43,283 nucleotides of DNA from Octopus bimaculoides (lineage: Eukaryota), in the NCBI RefSeq assembly GCF_001194135.2, contig NC_068990.1:77543434-77586716 (forward strand). The letters are read 5' to 3'. A program made the translations under genes and the position numbers. This document shows, in pieces, positions 22,296 through 33,779 of this stretch (position 1 is the first letter of the stretch; each line of letters starts with the position of its first letter). Below the pieces are notes generated by a model. It worked only from the letters and a program-made list of their open reading frames with translations. It did no database searches and had not been told where the DNA came from.

Positions 22296-22404
22296 CAGAA
22301 TGTTCACAAAGTCTGGGTACATGGAGTAAATAAAATCATAACAATTAAATAATAATTTCTTGAAGCATACGTTAATACCCATGTACCCAGACTTTGTGGA
22401 CACC

Positions 22405-22407
<3 letters not shown>
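22296..22407. mobile_element. 112-bp Tc1/mariner-type MITE
   Basis: 29-bp TIRs (cagaatgttcacaaagtctgggtacatgg / ccatgtacccagactttgtggacaccctg, 3 mismatches), TA on both sides. Confidence 0.9.
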
Positions 22408-22440
<33 letters not shown>

Positions 22441-22729
22441 ACATCAAAAGTGTGCTTGTAAAAGGTTTATACTGTGTGCAATAACGAAGCATCTTCACAA
22501 ATATGCGCATGCTTATAGACACACAGACACATACACACACACGCGCGTAGATATATACGTGGGTGTATATGTTACCTGCGCTAGTATGCATATATTGACA
22601 TACTCCCAAACACACGTACACACGTACTTACATACACATACACACACATATGACTGAATGTGTATGTACATGTATAGTTGCATGATTCCATTTCAAACGA
22701 CCTCAAATAACAATAATAATGATAATGAT

Positions 22730-22763
<34 letters not shown>

Positions 22764-22809
22764 GCAGCAACAACAATAATGATAATAATAATAATAATAA
22801 TAATGATAA

Positions 22810-22996
22810 AACAAAAACACCAAGACTAACAAGTAAATACATAACATACTGAAAATAGCACTGCTAGGCACCGCACACATCCTACGTAAAACACTTTCAA
22901 TACAGTAAAAATAAGAGCATCACAACAAACCACAGCACATACCCAAGGCTACGCTCGGTAGTACAGTAAAAGCACGTGATAAAAATAAGTCTAATG
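22810..22996 (+). mobile_element. 5'-truncated Dong/R4-like retrotransposon end inside an (AAT)n tract
   Basis: NILKIALLGTAHILRKTLSIQ* at 22843-22908 matches the R4/Dong C-terminal LGTAxILRKxL motif; (AAT)n/(AAC)n on both flanks. Confidence 0.8.
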
Positions 22997-23011
22997 AATA
23001 ATAATAATAAC

Positions 23012-23076
<65 letters not shown>

Positions 23077-23401
23077 TGATAAGTTTTAGCTATAAATTCA
23101 TTCTTAATGTATTTAAAAATTTCTAACAGGCACGAGCTTCTTTTAAGAAGACGGTTAATTTTAATTTTCTATAATAAACTAGGTTTGTAAAAATATTTAC
23201 CTTTCCATTTATTGAATCTTTCATAAATCATAAGTGTTTACTTTCTGTCCGTAACAGGTTTCTACTCGAATCTTTTCAACTTCTAGTAGTTCCTTTTATA
23301 TGATACTTCGAGGCGGGGCAGCCTGAATATTTGTATACATACAAGTATGTATGTATGTTTGTATGTATGTATGCCTGTATGTATGTATCTATCTATCAAT
23401 C

Positions 23402-23462
<61 letters not shown>

Positions 23463-23732
23463 GTACTCGCGCGCACACACATGCGCACGTGTTAATGCTG
23501 GTCAGTATGAACAGTAATATACCAAAACTGTTACAAGTTAATTGATGGATCATTCAGTGTAGTTAAGTATAAAGAATCACATTTACATATTTCTAAGGAT
23601 AATCTTGCCATTACCTTCGAAGGTTAGTACATTTTGGCTCGGTCAGATCACACGCACACGCACATACGCACCCACGCACCCACACACGCACCCAACCACA
23701 CAAACACGCACACATACACACACACACATACA

Positions 23733-23782
<50 letters not shown>

Positions 23783-23869
23783 TGTTATCTTTCGGGACGG
23801 TTATTTTTGTTATTAATTAACACACGCACTCTATATTCGCTCTTGAATTCAGCTTTATTATAATTCTTA

Positions 23870-23935
23870 GTGTCTTACGTCTAAGTCTTTCATCACACGT
23901 TCTGTGACCTCTTCAGTGACTCTCCAAGTCACATG
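23870..23935 (-). ncRNA. Degenerate hammerhead ribozyme motif
   Basis: CTGAAGA-G-GTCACA gaacg TGTGAT-GAAA (core at 23910-23916, GAAA at 23888-23891); possible GTA cleavage triplet followed by AGAC; stem III imperfect. Confidence 0.55.
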
Positions 23936-24244
23936 TCTCCTCCTGTTTAGTTCCAGACCATTTTCTGCAGCCAATTCAAAACAAAAGTATTTCACAAATA
24001 AAACTTAACTAAATTAACCCATTGTTTTGTTGTTTTTACATCCATCGCCCCCTTTTAGTCACCCCATTATCGCTTTACTTTACTTCCACTCCAACCAGGA
24101 TCTTTCCGCCGCCCCCCAAGGGAGCAGGACCGCCTTCTTTGTGAACCTCTACATTAGAAGGCTTCTTACTTCATTTTTATTTCGTATATTGAGGATAATA
24201 GAAGATAATTACTTAGGTTCTGATTTTAATTCATCTCTTACCTT

Positions 24245-24590
24245 ACTTCTTTTGCTTGTTTCACTCATGGAACAGCAGCCATGACAGGACACAGCATTGA
24301 AGGGGTTTAGTCGAACAAATCGACCCCGGTACTTATGGTTTATATGCCGAAATCCTAGATTACAGGGATGTAATCAAACCAAAACCAATTGTTAAACGGT
24401 GATGTAGTAAATACACACACGCACGCACAACGAGCTTCTCTCAGTTTCCGCTAACCAAACCCACTCACAAGGCTTTGTTCACACCGGGGCTATAGTAGAA
24501 GACACTTGTCCAAGGTACCACACAGCGGGACTGAACCTTAAACCATATGGTTAGGAAGCAAACTTTTTACCACACAACCAGGCCTGAAAA
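24245..24590 (-). mobile_element. SINE family A
   Basis: gtttcactcatgg..gtcgaacaaatcgacccc..agaagacacttgtccaagg..accatatgg. Confidence 0.8.
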
Positions 24591-25148
24591 TAAAAGTAAT
24601 GAACATCAAAATATAAAATTTATCCTTTGAAGCTACATATTTTCTCCTTAATGCACCGTCTATGTTGCAATTGTGAAACTCAGCTATTTCCCATTATACA
24701 CTCCATCCTCTTTATACGCCGTTGGATTTATACCAATAAATTCGACTGTGAACATTTGATTGATTGAATATAGACCACTACATTTACTGGCTCTTGTCTT
24801 ATTACATAAGTCAATCAATGTCTCGGTATTGCTTTAAAAATCGATTCCAAACAGTTTCATGACACATTTTTGTTTTTGAATCACGCTTATATATTTATAT
24901 AAATGATATTAGGAATTCTTATCTAAAGCAATATATAAAAATATATTTCTAACATATTATCATATTTCTGACATTATATGCATAATTTATAATCTTAATT
25001 ATCTTAACTTATAATTATATATATATATATATATATATCAACAGGCACATATATTTCTATTTAAAACCATCACTATATTTTTACATTATAACATAAATAT
25101 ATAACTCTTCGTTTAACATTTTTCTAATGGTACATAGATGTATATTTT

Positions 25149-25225
<77 letters not shown>

Positions 25226-25789
25226 TATATGTATATCAGAATACCGTGTCTGTGCACACGCCTACATATATATATGCATATATACATGTGTGCGTGTGTG
25301 TATAAATGTGTGTGTGTGTGTGTTTGTGTGTATGTATAACATTATGGATAATTATGAACGTCATTTTTCTCGTATATTTGTATCATAATATCATAAATAT
25401 AACTATATATAACATCATAGTATAATTATATATTTGTTACTTCTCTTGCTCATTACGGAAATTCAATGGAATATTTTGTGTTGGTTTTCTTTTAGCTTTT
25501 GTTTTCTTTTTCTCTGAAGATTTAAATGTGTAACATTATAAATCTGCTAGCAAAAACAAGAGAAGTACTTCACTAGCGTGTTAATGTTTAATCAAAAATT
25601 ATCTCTACCCAAGTATATTACAGGTAATCATTCCTCTTGTGAGCAGAAACATGTTAGATATAAACTAAACTAGTGGTTCCCCATCTGGAATCGGCGAATG
25701 CCTGGAAACCCGGAAATGTTATCTTGTGAGCTGATTTCAAAATTTGTAACGTGAACGGACGATGTCCCTGGCTATGCATTTAAGGAGCT

Positions 25790-25922
25790 CGCTTTGTAAT
25801 CACATGCTGTCGGGTTCAGTTCTACTCCGTGACACCTGGATCATGTGTCTTCTGCTAAAGCGCCAGACCGCCCAATGGCTTGTGAGTGAATTTGGTAGAC
25901 GGAAACTTTGTGGAAGCTCGTA

Positions 25923-25953
<31 letters not shown>

Positions 25954-26215
25954 CTATATATGTATGTGTGTACGCGCGTGTGTGTGCGTATGTACTTTTC
26001 TATGTATGTACTTAACAACCAGCGTTGGTTTGTTTATGTCTCTTAACTCCCGCAATTTGGCAACAAAGCCCAATGTAATACATAGCAGACATAAAAATAT
26101 GTACTGGCGGGGTCAGGGTCGTTTTGTTCCACAAAACCCTTAAAAAGTGCTGCTCCATGGTTCAGTCAATGACTGAATCAAGTAAAGGATTAAAGTAAAG
26201 GATTAAAGGATTAAA
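25790..26215 (+). mobile_element. SINE family A
   Basis: cgggttcagttct head, gtagacggaaactttgtggaagctcg, microsatellite, ctccatggttcagtcaatgactgaa tail. Confidence 0.8.
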
Positions 26216-26679
26216 AAAAGGAACCCTTTCAAAGAACTGAAGTCCGTGGGAAATTCATTTAAATATAAGGTGTTTCCTGAGCCAACGTCGTAAGCTTTGT
26301 TTCAGTTTAGTAAACACAGTGTTTAAAGTAACGATTACTTACATACTATAAAGTCTTTTTGATGTATGTTAAGCTATACTGCGCAGTAGCAATGACAAAA
26401 TTTAAAATGTTGTTGTTATTGTTAATGCTTAGTCCAAGATCAGCCCTGTTCGAACAGACCCATGAAGAAATATGTTTCTGCTGTGATAATCCCCACCACC
26501 ACTAACCGTACCTCCATACAGGATATCATCGAATCCAGTATTCTTTTTCCAAATCACTGAGAGTGTGATTTAAAATATATTTGGCTGCTATTTATGGCAG
26601 GTTGAGTGACAGTGTGGTTGCTACAGTCTTAATTCTTAAGATGTGTCGTTGTTGTTGTGGCTGATCCAACAGGCAGAAA

Positions 26680-27092
26680 ATTGTTTCTACGATAGGCACA
26701 AGACATGAGATTTTAGGGAAATTTTAGGCAGTCAATTACATCGACCGCAGTGCTCACCTGGTACTTGCTTTATCGACCCCGAAAGAATGAAAAGCAAAGA
26801 CGACACCGGTGGCATTTGAACTTAGAACTCAAAGAGCCGGAAGAAATGCCGCTAGAAGTGCTAACGATTCTGCCAGCTCGCTGCCTTCTACTACAGGCCC
26901 AAAGCCTGAAATTTTGGGTGAGGGGATTAAGTCGAATACATCAACCCCAGTGTTTCACTGGTTCTTCTTTATTGACTCCGAAAGGATGAAAGGTAAAGTT
27001 GACCTCAGCGGAATTTGAACTCAGAACGTAGCGACAGGTGAAATACTGCTATTTTGCCCAGCATAGTAACAATTCTACCAGCTCGCCACCTT
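26680..27092 (-). mobile_element. Two head-to-tail SINE family D copies
   Basis: Heads end at about 26887 (cgctgcctt) and about 27092 (cgccacctt). Confidence 0.85.
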
Positions 27093-27564
27093 CTTCAGTA
27101 GATAGATAATCAAAGATGTTCCGTCCTAATCTGTAGCATTCCTCCTTTTTGGACATCTAAGATGACGTATTCTAATACTCTCACACACGCGCGAGCGCTA
27201 TCGTACATATATTTTAATTACATCAAGCATATTAATTTCGAGTCTAACGGGCCAAAAGGGCGCAACACTTATTTCCTTTATCTCCACATTCATTTTTTCC
27301 TTTTTTCCTTTCTTTCTCATTCCACGTTTTAGTTTGACCTTTTCCCTCTTAATTTGTAAGCTCTCTCGCTTTTTGTCAAAGAGCAGACATATTGTCCGGC
27401 CATTACACTTTCAGAGGCATGACACTAATGGTATATACTGTGTATTTTAAATCATATCTCTCACTGGATAGAGGAATTTGGGAGAAGGCGGTTGTTGTTC
27501 CAATAACGTGTGTACGTATGTATGTATGTATGTATGTATGTATGTACGTACGTACGTATGTATG

Positions 27565-27667
27565 TCATTATTCAGTTATTTCAAGATTTCTTACCAAAAG
27601 AGAAAGAGCCGGTTTCTAACTTAGATCCAAAGTTCCTTCATTGGAATTCCAACATCAACACCAGGGT
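27565..27667 (-). mobile_element. Repeat family E with (CATA)n tail
   Basis: tcattattcagttatttcaagatttcttacc..tagatccaaagttccttcattggaattccaacatcaacaccagggtat. Confidence 0.85.
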
Positions 27668-27873
27668 ATACGAGAGGTAATGGTGTCAAGAAGACCCAAA
27701 GGTGTCAGGTAATGCTGAGTAAGTGCTATGGACAGACTATAGTTAAGCTCCAGGTTCGGTGATTATGTGAATGAGAAGGTCATATATCAGCATACGTATA
27801 TATAAAAAAATTTAACAGAATGAGATAAAAAATGCAAGGCTGTGAAAGATTTCAGAACATTTATAAAGAGATG

Positions 27874-27921
27874 GTCTTACAGTTGTTTCCGTGATTTTTT
27901 ATATATCCCTTCATCGGAGAC
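27874..27921 (-). ncRNA. Minimal type I hammerhead ribozyme, degenerate
   Basis: GTCT-CCGATGA-A GGGAT atataaaaa ATCAC G-GAAA-CAACTG-TA-AGAC: 4-bp stem I, near-palindromic stem III ACAACTGT, core U4 changed to C. Confidence 0.65.
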
Positions 27922-28415
27922 GGTATGAGAAGATGGTTAAGCAATAGTTATTCTTGATAAGATATGAAATAGAGAGTGAAGAGTAGGAATGAAAATAGAC
28001 GTAAGATATGCAGGAATATTGTAGCTTCAGTTCCGTTATTTAGGCAGAATGGTACACATATAAGATTCTTGAACCTTGTAAGTTACAATAGTATTTAAAA
28101 TTGGTCATTCCAAGCATAGAGTTTGTAATATGCGAAGGTACACTTAAACACTCAGGGACACACGTGCTCATATACACATATACATGTATATGTGTATGCA
28201 CATCTGCGTTTGTACTTAAGTGCATATGATGTGGAGGGTGTATATAAAATACAATAGAGACCTACATATAAATGCAAAAAAAAAAAAAAAAACTACAGAA
28301 TTTTTATTCAGCATTTAATTCATAATGTATCATATTTATGTGCAGGTATTTATTACGATACCCAACCTCCATCCATACACACAAACGCATACACACACAC
28401 ACACACACAGATATG

Positions 28416-28482
<67 letters not shown>

Positions 28483-28779
28483 TTTTATATGCATGCATGC
28501 ATGTATATGTGTATATGTTTGTATGTGTTATAGTGTGTGTGTGTGTGTGTGTGTATGTGTGTGTGTGTGTGTATGTGTGTGTGTGTTGTACATATTTGTG
28601 TTATTTCTGATACTGACATTTTAACAGTATTCCAATGTTCAGCATTATTTATTGTTGTTTTTTTGTTATTATCTCACTCTTTATACCAGATGTAAATCCC
28701 CAATTGGTTTTTTTAATAGCATTCTTATACTGTAGCTAACTGATAAATTTTTCCCCGTAATTCCTATATTTATGAATAA

Positions 28780-28868
28780 CATCATCATCATTGTCATCAT
28801 CATCATCATCATCATCGTCATCATCGTCATCGTCGTCGTCATCATCATCATCATCATCATCATCATCA
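28780..28868. repeat. (ATC)n/(GTC)n microsatellite
   Basis: Direct reading; source of the poly-M and poly-D ORFs. Confidence 0.97.
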
Positions 28869-28934
28869 CCATTAATTTCTTGACATTTAATTAACAAAAT
28901 TGGGGAACAAAATGTCTCTTTATATGTTTTAGTT

Positions 28935-29360
28935 ACGGCTGTTTTACGTCCTGAGTTCAAAGTCGACTATGGTCATCTTTGACTCTCATCCCTCCGAGGA
29001 CGATAAAATAATGTATCTGTCAAGTGTTGGGTCGATGTAAACGAGTAACAACTTTCCGCTGAAATATTGCTGGCCTTGTGCTAAAATTTCAAGCAGTTAT
29101 TATTTACTATTGATGTTATTATGGCAGTGAGCTAACAGAAACGTTAGCACGTCAGACTAAGCGTTCGGTGGAATTTATTCCGGCTCTTTACGTCACGGTT
29201 TCAATTCCGGCCGAAGTTCACTTCCTTTTTTTTTCATCCTTTCGGAGTCAATAAAATAAAGTACCAGTTAAATGCTGGGCTCGATGTAATCGATTTGTCC
29301 CCTCCTTTCAAAATTGTAGGCCTTGAGTCAAAATTATTATTATTATTATTATTATTATTA
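28935..29360 (+). mobile_element. Two head-to-tail SINE family D copies (first 5'-truncated), ending in (ATT)n
   Basis: gagttcaaa..gggtcgatgtaa..ggccttgtg, then ggcagtgagctaacagaaacgttagcacg..ggccttgag(att)n. Confidence 0.8.
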
Positions 29361-29772
29361 GACTGCACATGGAGACAACATAATCAATGCTTTCATTTTG
29401 TTGTTAACATACACCACATGTTGGTCTACTGCCGTTCTTTAATATGTTATCCTGGTAGGTAAGCATTGATCTTGGACTGCTATGATAAACCCTTCTGTCT
29501 TTGATTTTAAGGCACAAAACACTAACCATTTATGGGTAAGGGCCCTCTCAACATCGGCATTATTCGCTCCCTTTGGGTATTTGCCATTGAAAGGTTTTCT
29601 TGACATTTAACAATACTTTTCGCACGGGTTTCATATGCTTAGTTTTTTCTGTGCTTGTTTCCAGTACCTCTAATTCTGGGATTTGTTGTATTTGGAATTC
29701 ACTTAGATATTCGTTTGCCTGTTTTGTTACTGAGTATGATGCTTTCTTGTTTTGTCTTTTGTTGACGGTTTT
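29361..29772 (-). mobile_element. Internal fragment of a Dong/R4-like retrotransposon (pre-endonuclease zinc-knuckle region)
   Basis: KPFNGKYP..THKWL..LKSKTEGFIIAVQDQCLPTR, then ILKNGSRPTCGVC*QQNESIDYVVSMCS, with frameshifts and stops. Confidence 0.85.
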
Positions 29773-29789
<17 letters not shown>

Positions 29790-29813
<24 letters not shown>

Positions 29814-29823
29814 AATCATCATC

Positions 29824-29885
<62 letters not shown>

Positions 29886-30216
29886 TTACTTACTTACTTA
29901 CTTGCTTACTTTAAACTGCATATTTGTTATAATTACTCGTTGAGACACACCCAGTGTCCTAGGGCGAGTGAGGGATAAGAGATGTTACAGCATGACTGAA
30001 AGCTTGGGCAGGGTAAGTGGCAGGGGGCAGTAGCGAAATAGTTTCATGTAATACAACAGATACATTGAAATTGATATGGTTCTTCTAAGGATGTGGGCAG
30101 TACTTGTCAGCACAGTACTTTGGATTTCTCTGAGACATGGTTCTCCTGGGATATTATCTAGTTGTTTCTAACATCCCTTCCCTCTTCTTCTTCTTCTTCT
30201 TCTTCTTCTTCTAATC

Positions 30217-30289
<73 letters not shown>

Positions 30290-30815
30290 TATCATTNNNN
30301 NNNNNNNNNNNNNNNNNNNNNNNNNNNNNNNNNNNNNNNNNNNNNNNNNNNNNNNNNNNNNNNNNNNNNNNNNNNNNNNNNNNNNNNNNNNNNNNNNNNN
30401 NNNNNNNNNNNNNNNNNNNNNNNNNNNNNNNNNNNNNNNNNNNNNNNNNNNNNNNNNNNNNNNNNNNNNNNNNNNNNNNNNNNNNNNNNNNNNNNNNNNN
30501 NNNNNNNNNNNNNNNNNNNNNNNNNNNNNNNNNNNNNNNNNNNNNNNNNNNNNNNNNNNNNNNNNNNNNNNNNNNNNNNNNNNNNNNNNNNNNNNNNNNN
30601 NNNNNNNNNNNNNNNNNNNNNNNNNNNNNNNNNNNNNNNNNNNNNNNNNNNNNNNNNNNNNNNNNNNNNNNNNNNNNNNNNNNNNNNNNNNNNNNNNNNN
30701 NNNNNNNNNNNNNNNNNNNNNNNNNNNNNNNNNNNNNNNNNNNNNNNNNNNNNNNNNNNNNNNNNNNNNNNNNNNNNNNNNNNNNNNNNNNNNNNNNNNN
30801 NNNNNNNNNNNATTA

Positions 30816-30879
<64 letters not shown>

Positions 30880-30922
30880 CATCATTATTATTATCATTAT
30901 CATTATTATTATCATCATTATT

Positions 30923-30999
<77 letters not shown>

Positions 31000-31000
31000 C
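29790..31000. repeat. Long (ATC)n/(ATT)n tracts at about 29775-29885, 30197-30296 and 30812-31000, enclosing a Dong end and a gap
   Basis: Direct reading; source of the poly-I and poly-L ORFs. Confidence 0.95.
29900..30178 (-). mobile_element. Dong/R4-like C-terminus and 3' UTR, ending in (TAAG)n/(TAA)n
   Basis: KQLDNIPGEPCLREIQSTVLTSTAHILRRTISI; 3' end runs into the TAA tract at about 29885. Confidence 0.8.
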
Positions 31001-31093
31001 GTTGTCGCAATATTTTGTACTCTCCTTGTTGTTGTCAATTATGATTATTGTTAATATATTGTATTATATTATTGTGTTTGTTTTTTTAGTGGA

Positions 31094-31134
31094 CTTCTCA
31101 CTTTCTTTATTTCTCTTCTTTCTTCTAGGTAAGT
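31094..31134 (+). promoter_or_regulatory. Recursive-splice-site-like motif (3' acceptor fused to a 5' donor)
   Basis: 33-nt near-pure pyrimidine tract 31094-31126, AG at 31127-31128, GTAAGT at 31129-31134. Confidence 0.45.
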
Positions 31135-32289
31135 AAAGCTATTAGCAGTCTTAGCTTTGTTTCACTGATATCAGGTGATAATGAAATCGAAGACGACAAA
31201 AGTAAATGATTGTGTGTGAGGCAGAAGAATTGGCAAACAGAAAGAGCAAGAAATAAAGATCAGGGGGAAAAATACAAAACATAGCAACGCTGGAATAACT
31301 GCAGCAACACGGCAGCAACAGCAGCAACAGCAGCACGGCAGCAGCAACAGCAGCAGCAACAGCAATACGCTGATATATTACAATACTAGCTGATATTCCG
31401 GTAAAAGAATTCTTTAATTAAAAGTGTGCTTCAATTCGACGCGTGTGTGTATTGTGTGTGTGTGTGAGTATGTATGCACAAATAACACTACCTTCTCATT
31501 GTTCTCCGTCATCATTTGCTGAAGAGGTTTTGAACTCAAAAGACTGAAAAAAAACACAAGTTAAAAGTGTAAACTGGCGTAATATTTTTTTTTTTCGGTC
31601 TTTTACTTCTAAGTTGCATTGCATTCGGTTTCTTGAGAATATNNNNNNNNNNNNNNNNNNNNNNNNNNNNNNNNNNNNNNNNNNNNNNNNNNNNNNNNNN
31701 NNNNNNNNNNNNNNNNNNNNNNNNNNNNNNNNNNNNNNNNNNNNNNNNNNNNNNNNNNNNNNNNNNNNNNNNNNNNNNNNNNNNNNNNNNNNNNNNNNNN
31801 NNNNNNNNNNNNNNNNNNNNNNNNNNNNNNNNNNNNNNNNNNNNNNNNNNNNNNNNNNNNNNNNNNNNNNNNNNNNNNNNNNNNNNNNNNNNNNNNNNNN
31901 NNNNNNNNNNNNNNNNNNNNNNNNNNNNNNNNNNNNNNNNNNNNNNNNNNNNNNNNNNNNNNNNNNNNNNNNNNNNNNNNNNNNNNNNNNNNNNNNNNNN
32001 NNNNNNNNNNNNNNNNNNNNNNNNNNNNNNNNNNNNNNNNNNNNNNNNNNNNNNNNNNNNNNNNNNNNNNNNNNNNNNNNNNNNNNNNNNNNNNNNNNNN
32101 NNNNNNNNNNNNNNNNNNNNNNNNNNNNNNNNNNNNNNNNNNNNNNNNNNNNNNNNNNNNNNNNNNNNNNNNNNNNNNNNNNNNNNNNNNNNNNNNNNNN
32201 NNNNNNNNNNNNNNNNNNNNNNNNNNNNNNNNNNNNNNNNNNNNNNNNNNNNNNNNNNNNNNNNNNNNNNNNNNNNNNNNNNNNNNNNN

Positions 32290-32385
32290 GATTGGTAAGG
32301 AAGTTCCTTGCCACACAGCCACGACGGGCTTGAACCTGGAACCATGTGGTTGAGTAGCAATCTTCTTACCACACATCCAAGCCTG
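32290..32385 (-). mobile_element. SINE family A head fragment next to a gap
   Basis: Minus strand ggatgtgtggtaagaagattgctactcaaccacatggttccaggttcaagccc. Confidence 0.75.
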
Positions 32386-32917
32386 TATTCTTTCGCAAGT
32401 CTGAAAGAACCACCAACATTTCTATAAGCATTCTTCGTCTTATTTTTGTCGCTCAGGCTAAAGACCTTCTATGTATACGAATACCGTTCTGTGTCGTTTT
32501 ATATTTTTTCTGTTACAGTCTCGCCTATTTGTGTCTTTCTTTACATGTATTTTCTTCTCCTCATAATTCATCTATATTTACCGTTCGTCTTACACTCTTC
32601 ATTTATTGTTACTGTACTTTTCTCATTTTTTTTCTGTCCTTGTTCGTCTAACATCTATACTCATTTAAAGAGTAGCAGCTTTTGTTGTTGACACCGCCTA
32701 ATTGAACAATATTGTCGGAAGGCATGGAAACTGTGATATTTGGTTGACAACTGATGAGGACTGAGCATGTCTGTTTTAAATGTTTTTTCTGTTGTTTTTT
32801 TTTTTCGTAAATTCGCCTACGCCATATTGGTTGTTGCATTGTTTTGTATGTCTCAGTAATTGGGAATAATGCCATACTCAAGTACCGATTTCATATGCGT
32901 GTGTGTGTGTGTGTGTG

Positions 32918-32959
<42 letters not shown>

Positions 32960-32969
32960 NNNNNNNNNN

Positions 32970-33029
<60 letters not shown>

Positions 33030-33032
<3 letters not shown>

Positions 33033-33220
33033 CTATTGATGAATACTGCAGGTTGGTGGAGTATATCTGTGAGCTCCCTGTGAGTACGGAGAGGTCTTGT
33101 CATTGATATTCCATTCGATGTTGGGGAAGTTGTTCCAGTGGTCACGGATTCACCAGGATAGGGGAGATGCAACTTAAAGTTTCGCAGTGTTGTCGAGACT
33201 AGGTTCAAGTCAGACATTTA
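33030..33220 (-). mobile_element. Penelope-like GIY-YIG C-terminal remnant (inverted partner of 33780-34000)
   Basis: NIEWNINDKTSPYSQG resembles the PLE W.I...A.PY..G motif; 33030-33177 aligns with the reverse complement of 33780-33937. Confidence 0.5.
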
Positions 33221-33779
33221 GGGAGCAATTAATTAGAAATTAAACAAATTCAAGATGGCTTCTAGTTATAAGACGTGTATTGGTTTGCCCAAATTACGTG
33301 GTGTTATTGGTTTGGAAGCGGCATCAGATCTAACTTATGTTATGAGTTCCAAGTGATCAGACAAGGATGTAAACACACCAGCATCGGTTGTCAAGTGATG
33401 CTGGGAGGCCAAACACAGACATACAAACATGCACACACGCATACACACATATATAAGTATGCATATATACGTACATATGTGTATCAAGTGTTTGTAACTT
33501 GGATCTGTGTTGTTCGAGGTTTCTCAGACAGAAAGCATGTCTGATTGTTCATTGTTCATAGTAAGTTGTAATGCCAGTTAGTAACTTCCACGGCCTTTGT
33601 ACTCTTAATTATATTACGTACACCTGTGTGTGTGGTGTGTGGGGAGAGTAAATAAATATTTGAAATAGTTATGGCGTGTGCCATATTTACACTAATATAT
33701 TGTAATATGAATTATTTCTAATTAAGGTACAAGGACAATTTTGTTGGGAAGGAGTCAATCAATTAGATCGAATTCCTTA

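Noticed and set aside
31220-31399. Poly-Gln/Ser-Asn stretch resembling a low-complexity protein
   Set aside because: Short frame bounded by stops, no start or splice sites; a CAG/CAA microsatellite explains it
32720-32780. CTGATGA-GGAC tgagcat GTCT
   Set aside because: No GAAA follows stem II, and the upstream GAAA gives no valid type II fold
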